Positions 58,826 through 64,000 of a stretch of DNA of 64,000 nt are shown one piece after another. The DNA lies in the NCBI RefSeq assembly GCF_009914755.1, contig NC_060932.1; one strand, 5' to 3'. The position numbers and the translations under genes were made by a program. A model generated the notes under the pieces. It was not told the DNA's origin. It ran no database searches and was given only the letters and a program-made list of their open reading frames with translations. Within the stretch, counting starts at the first letter, position 1, and each line of letters opens with the position of its first letter. The DNA is from the human T2T-CHM13v2.0 reference genome, Homo sapiens.

Positions 58826-60595
58826 CTCAATGTGGGACTCTTTTGAGTTCATCTTACTTGGAGTTTATTGAGCTTCTTGGATGTTTCTTTCATGTCTCTT
58901 ATCAAATTTGGGAAATTTTCAAACATTATCTCTTCAATATTCTCTCTTCCCCTTTCTCTCTCTCTTCTCCTTCTGAAACATTCACAATGCATATGTTGGT
59001 ACATGTGATGGTATCCTGTATGTCCCTTTGGCTCTGTTCATTTTTCTTCAATCTTTTTTCTTTCTGTCTCTCAGACTAATAATTTCCATTGTTCTATTTT
59101 CAGGTTCACTGATTCTTTCTTCTCCCTGCTCAAATCTGCCTTTGAATCCCTCTAGTGATATTTGTTATTTCAGTATTTGTACTTCTAAGCTCCAGAATTT
59201 TTTGTTTATTTTCAGGTTTTGTGTCTCTTTATTGATGTTTCCATTTTATTCACACATCATTTTCTTGACTTTCCCCATAGCTTCATTTAGTTCTTCAATC
59301 ATCTTTAAGAGTTATTTTAAAATATTTGTTTAGTAATTCTTCTAAAAGGTCTTTTCCAGGAAGAGTTTCTGTTATTGTTTTCTATTGAATGTGCCATTCT
59401 TTCCTATTTCTTTGTATGCCTTGTGATTTTTTTTTTTGTTGAAAACTAGGCATTTGAATTTAATAACGTGGTAACTCTGGAACTCAGATTCTCTTCCTTC
59501 CCTAGAGTTTGCTGTTTTTTAAAAATTGTTTTTGTTTGCTATTTTTTGTTTTTGTTTTGTTGATTGTCGTAGGCTGCCTCTGTGCCAAGGATCATCCTGA
59601 GTTGCACATTTAGTCTTTTCAGGTCTTTTCTGAGCCTTCACTTTCCCCTGTGCATGCACAGTCACTTTCTAATTTTCTCTGTATGTATATGTGTGTATAT
59701 ATATATGTATGTATATGTATATGTATATATATATATATTTGTTTTTGAATGTCCTAGTCTTCAGTGCCTGGCCCCCAAAATGGGAAAAAGAAAAATGAAC
59801 AGAGGAAAAACAAAGGGGGTGTCTGCTCTTTAAATCCCCTGGTAATCACCTATGCCAGAGGAGATGGGGCTTGCAATAATTGTGGGGAGATGCAACAACA
59901 ATGGTCACCTACCTCTTTGCACCTCTGTGACCAGAGGCAGTAATCACCATTCAGAGCACAGGTCCCCAGTATTTGGTGGACAGGGTCCTTTTTGCTCATC
60001 CTGGCCTCAGCAAGCTATGTGCAGGTTACTGCAGGAACACTTGCAGAGCTGCGTGCCATAGAGCTAGGGGTAGAGGATGGGTAACTGCTGCTGTGTGAAG
60101 AGGTGAAATTGAACAAAATCAACCCCACTTTACCGTTCAGGCCTTCCCCTGGAAGTTTCCAGCTTTCAACAGATGCTAGAGTTCCAAAATAGTTACATCA
60201 GACAGATTCTGCCAGGGCAATTGTTGTCTAGGTGGGGAGAAAGATTCCTGGTGCTTCTATTCTGCCATCTTCCCGGAATCCTCTTCTCATATATTTCAAA
60301 TTTTACCAGAAGTAAAATAAGTAAAAATACTACTCCCCCCGGTGGATCTAAACCTTTCACATATATACAAACTGCTCATGTAAGTGACCAGCTTGTGGCT
60401 GGTTTTCTGTCAATGATATCAATGGTGTTAACAATTGTCATTCCTTAGAACTCTCGTTTGTGTGTGCATATGTGTGTGTGTGCATGTGTATGTGTGCATG
60501 TACTCTAACTCTTCTTGTAAATGGCAAGGGAAATGAATTAGCAAATAACAGAATGGTATAGTTATAGAGTCAATCCTGGTTTAAGAATACAGGAT

Positions 60596-60878
60596 GGCCG
60601 GGCGCGGTGGCTCAGGCCTGTAATCCCAGCACTTTGGGAGGCCGAGGTGGGTGGATCATGAGGTCAGGAGATGGAGACCATCCTGGCTAACACGGTGAAA
60701 CCCTGTCTCTATTAAAAATACAAAAAAATTAGCCGGGCATGGTGGCAGGCGCCTGTAGTCCCAGCTACTCGGGAGGCTGGGGCAGGAGAATGGCGTGAAA
60801 CCGGGAGGCGGAGCTTGCAGTGAGCAGAGACCGCGCGCCACTGCACTCCAGCCTGGGCGACAGAGCGATACTCCGTCT

Positions 60879-60910
<32 letters not shown>
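60596..60910 (+). mobile_element. AluY with long pure A-tail, inserted in a MIR
   Basis: Perfect TSD aagaatacaggat, more than 30 uninterrupted A, MIR core follows at 60930-61130. Confidence 0.95.
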
Positions 60911-60914
<4 letters not shown>

Positions 60915-61134
60915 ATACAGGATGGTGGTTATGGGTCAGGCTTTGGACCTAGACTTCCTGAGTTTAAAAGTCAACTTATTTACTGACTGGTTGTACTATT
61001 TAATATATTTGCTCCCTGTGTGCCTTTATTTCCTCATATGTAAAAATGAAAGCTAATAATAATACCTACATTATTAGGACTATTATGAGGATTAAATGAG
61101 TTGATACATGTAAAGCACTTAAATGATTGGTATC

Positions 61135-61900
61135 TACCATTGGAACACTATACATACTATATGACCAGCTTTACCACACCTAGGTATACGCCCAATAGAT
61201 ATGAATACATATGTTTCCCAAAAGACAAGTAGTAGAATGTTCATTGTAGCAGTATTTGTGATATCCCCAAAGTGGAAGCTACCCAAATGCCCACCAACAA
61301 TAGAAGGGATAAATTGTAGTATATTTATGTAATAGAATATTATACTGCTATGAAAGTGACCAAACTGCATGTACATGCAACAGGTATGAAACTCACACAT
61401 ATAATGTAAAATGAAAGAAGCCAGACATGAAAGAGTAAATACTGTATGATTTTATTTATCTAAAGCTTAAAACCAGGCAAAACTAGACAATAGGATAATG
61501 ACTACCCTAGTTGGGAGAATGAATAGAAAGTACCATAAGATGGCTTTCTAGGAGTCGTTGGAAATGTGTGTTTCTTGTTGTGTGTACTGATTACATGGGC
61601 TAATTCCATACTCAGGACTAGTTCTGTACACCAAGGGCTATGGTAATGGGTCCACCGTTGTCAGAACACAAACAAAAATCCCCTAATAACATTCCCCCAG
61701 GGGTAAGAGTTATCTACTGGCCTTACATTTTTACAACTATGGGATGCACTCCTATGATTTTTTTCCTATTATAATGAAAATCTACTCCAAGTCTGCTGCT
61801 CAATATTAAGAAGCTCAGTTTGTGAAAATTCAGCAAGTTGTATACTTGGGATCTGTGTATTTTTCTGCACGTAAATTGTTTTAAAAAGTTTTTAAAAAGT
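61135..61900 (+). mobile_element. Old L1M 3' end interrupted by an inverted local copy
   Basis: gaatgttcattgtagcagtatttgt, aaagaagccagaca, ttacatggg|...|tcagtttgtgaaaattca. Confidence 0.75.
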
Positions 61901-62336
61901 AGCTGGTGAATAAAAAATGTATAATAAATGATATATATATTTAATTGTTTTTAGGGTTAGAAAGACTAGGTTTTGAATCCTGGCTTTGTGGTCATGGAGA
62001 CTAGGAAGTCTCTTAAACTGTTCATTTCTATAATGGTAAACAGAGGTAGTGATACTTGGCTTAAAGAGACCTTAGATGTTATTGAGAACCAGTGAGATGA
62101 AATGTAAAAAAATGGTAACTGCCTCTTCAACATTGAGCAGCAGACTTGGAGCAGATTTTCATTATAATAGGAAAAAAAAATCACATGAGTGCACCCCATA
62201 GTTGTAAAAATGTCAGGCCAGTAGATACCTCTTACTCCTGGGGGAATGTTATTAGGGGATTTTTGTTTGTGCTCTGACAAAGGTGGCCCCCTTACCATAG
62301 CCCTTGGTGTATAAAACTAGTCCTGAGTAAGGAATT
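61602..62336. repeat. Inverted repeat, arms ~220 bp (61602-61820 and 62117-62336), ~296-bp spacer
   Basis: Manual alignment of arm 1 with the reverse complement of arm 2 gives roughly 90% identity. Confidence 0.95.
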
Positions 62337-63074
62337 GGACAATTTTGCCAAGAGGGCAAGGAGTCCCTGGAAGGAAAGGGATAAAGTCCTTGGCCCTTCT
62401 CTTGTGAGGGTTAATGTCATTAGATACTGATGTATTGAGATGAACTGGACTGAAGTTTGTTGGAAAGAACACTAACGGGGCTAGATTGGAGTTCACCATG
62501 GGCATGTCCGGTTTGGTGATCTGAATTCAACATTGGTACTTGGTCAGCATCTCATGGGGAAGGATAGTTCCTTCTAGTAGTTGGCTGAGGGATGAACCTC
62601 CACACCAAGCCAGCTGGGCACAGTTTCACTGAGGAATGACAACTGAGCAAGTGCAATGACCTAAAAATACAAGTGAAGACATGACTGTGACCTGTGAGCA
62701 GCAAGGACATTTCCAAAACAAGGATGACTGGCCATTGGGCTAGCGAGACCAGTGTTTAGTATGCCTATGAGGTAACTACCAAAGCAATGGTGCTGGTGGG
62801 TTCATAGAACTTTCTAGTTATTTCTCCCACCTGGCATTTGGAAGTGTAATTGACCCTTTAGAAGTGAGAAAGGCCCTAGAATGTTGGATCGTCTGGAGAT
62901 AGAGTATTGGGAAAGGCCCCAAGAAAGGAATACCAGATTTTCTGTTGGTAAGGTCCTTGGGCCTCAGCAAGTCACTAGAAAAATAAGTGAAACACTATTT
63001 GTACTCTAAGCTGGTGAAGTATACATCCTGGTTAATAATAATAGCCATCATTTATTGGGCACTGTGTGTCTGGC

Positions 63075-63740
63075 ATGGAGACTGTTCTTTGTCTACCAAA
63101 ATTGTTTTCTCTTTCTTTCTAGGCCTGTAACGAGACTTCATTTCACAGCCTACTTTGCATTAGATGTGTTCCTGTGACCACATTCAGAGCAGATATACTG
63201 TGTGGCATTTCTCGGTGTGGGCCTCAGGGCAATAAAAGGATCTCCTCCATGCTCTCCTCCACTGCTACTGGTTGGAACCCCATAGTAATCCAGTTTTGAC
63301 CAGGCAGATGTGAGCAATGTCCTGGAGGATGATGAGCAGCACAAAGGAAGGAACCTTGGTACCTGAAAGACCATGTGGAGCAGGGCTTCCCTGTTACCCT
63401 GAACTGCTACCCTGGAACTGTTATGTGAGAAAAAATAAGATTCTTGCATTTCTCCAACTATAATGGGCACAAGAATCACCTGGGGATTTGTGACAATGCA
63501 AATCCTGATTAAATAGGTCTTGAGTGGGGCTTGAGATTCTGTATTTCTTACAAGTTCCTAGGTGGTGTTCATGATGTTGGTCCAGTATCTACAGTTTAAG
63601 TTCCTCTCCAAGAAATTCTGATTTAACTGTTTAGAGTGGGGTTCAGGGACATGATGCTAAAAGAAAGCCCCAAATACCAAAAACCTTTCAAGGTGATTCC
63701 AATCTACACCAGGGTTGAGACCCCACTGGAGAAGAGAAAC
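63075..63740. mobile_element. MLT1-like LTR fragment followed by MER5-like fragments
   Basis: catttcacagcctactttgcattag..., ccatgtggagcag, agaatcacctgggga...gagattctgtatttct. Confidence 0.55.
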
Positions 63741-64000
63741 ATTTTCTGAGAATGGAAGGATCCAGTTCCTTTCCTGATGTCCTTTGGAGGAGGCAATTCC
63801 TTTGAGTTCTTCCAAGCAGCCTTGCCATCCTACCGTCTCATTAACCTCTTACAGATAATGCTTTTTGTTTCTTGTCTGCCTCTGCTGATAGTACTTGTCG
63901 TCTTCTTGAAACTTCATTTCAGCCAGAAACTTTTTTTGACATATTGATTTGGAATGTTGAGCTTTGTTTTTGAGTAAAATAATTCAACATGGTGATGTAT

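Overview
Human (primate) genomic DNA, rich in Alu and L1 repeats. It contains the complete six-exon CFAP418 (C8orf37) gene on the minus strand. The CDS joins 46445-46291, 41030-40943, 37788-37724, 37161-37096, 29539-29444 and 25026-24873, giving 624 nt (207 aa plus stop), with GT-AG introns throughout. The promoter is a CpG island with two RFX X-boxes, an NRF1 palindrome and a YY1/TISU start context. A tRNA-Ser(AGA) gene lies about 470 bp upstream on the same strand. The rest is intergenic or intronic sequence made mostly of Alu, L1, L2, MIR, MaLR and DNA-transposon relics. I found no convincing new multi-gene system. The most unusual structures are a ~220-bp non-repeat inverted duplication inserted into an old L1 (61.6-62.3 kb), a 40-bp inverted copy in a MER63 end, and a 57-nt orphan retroposed insert with poly(A) and TSD (58.7 kb). 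Also notable are a candidate 63-nt poison exon only 32 nt upstream of exon 2, and an inverted Alu pair in the 3' UTR split by a poly(A) signal. Repeat subfamily names and boundaries are by eye and approximate.
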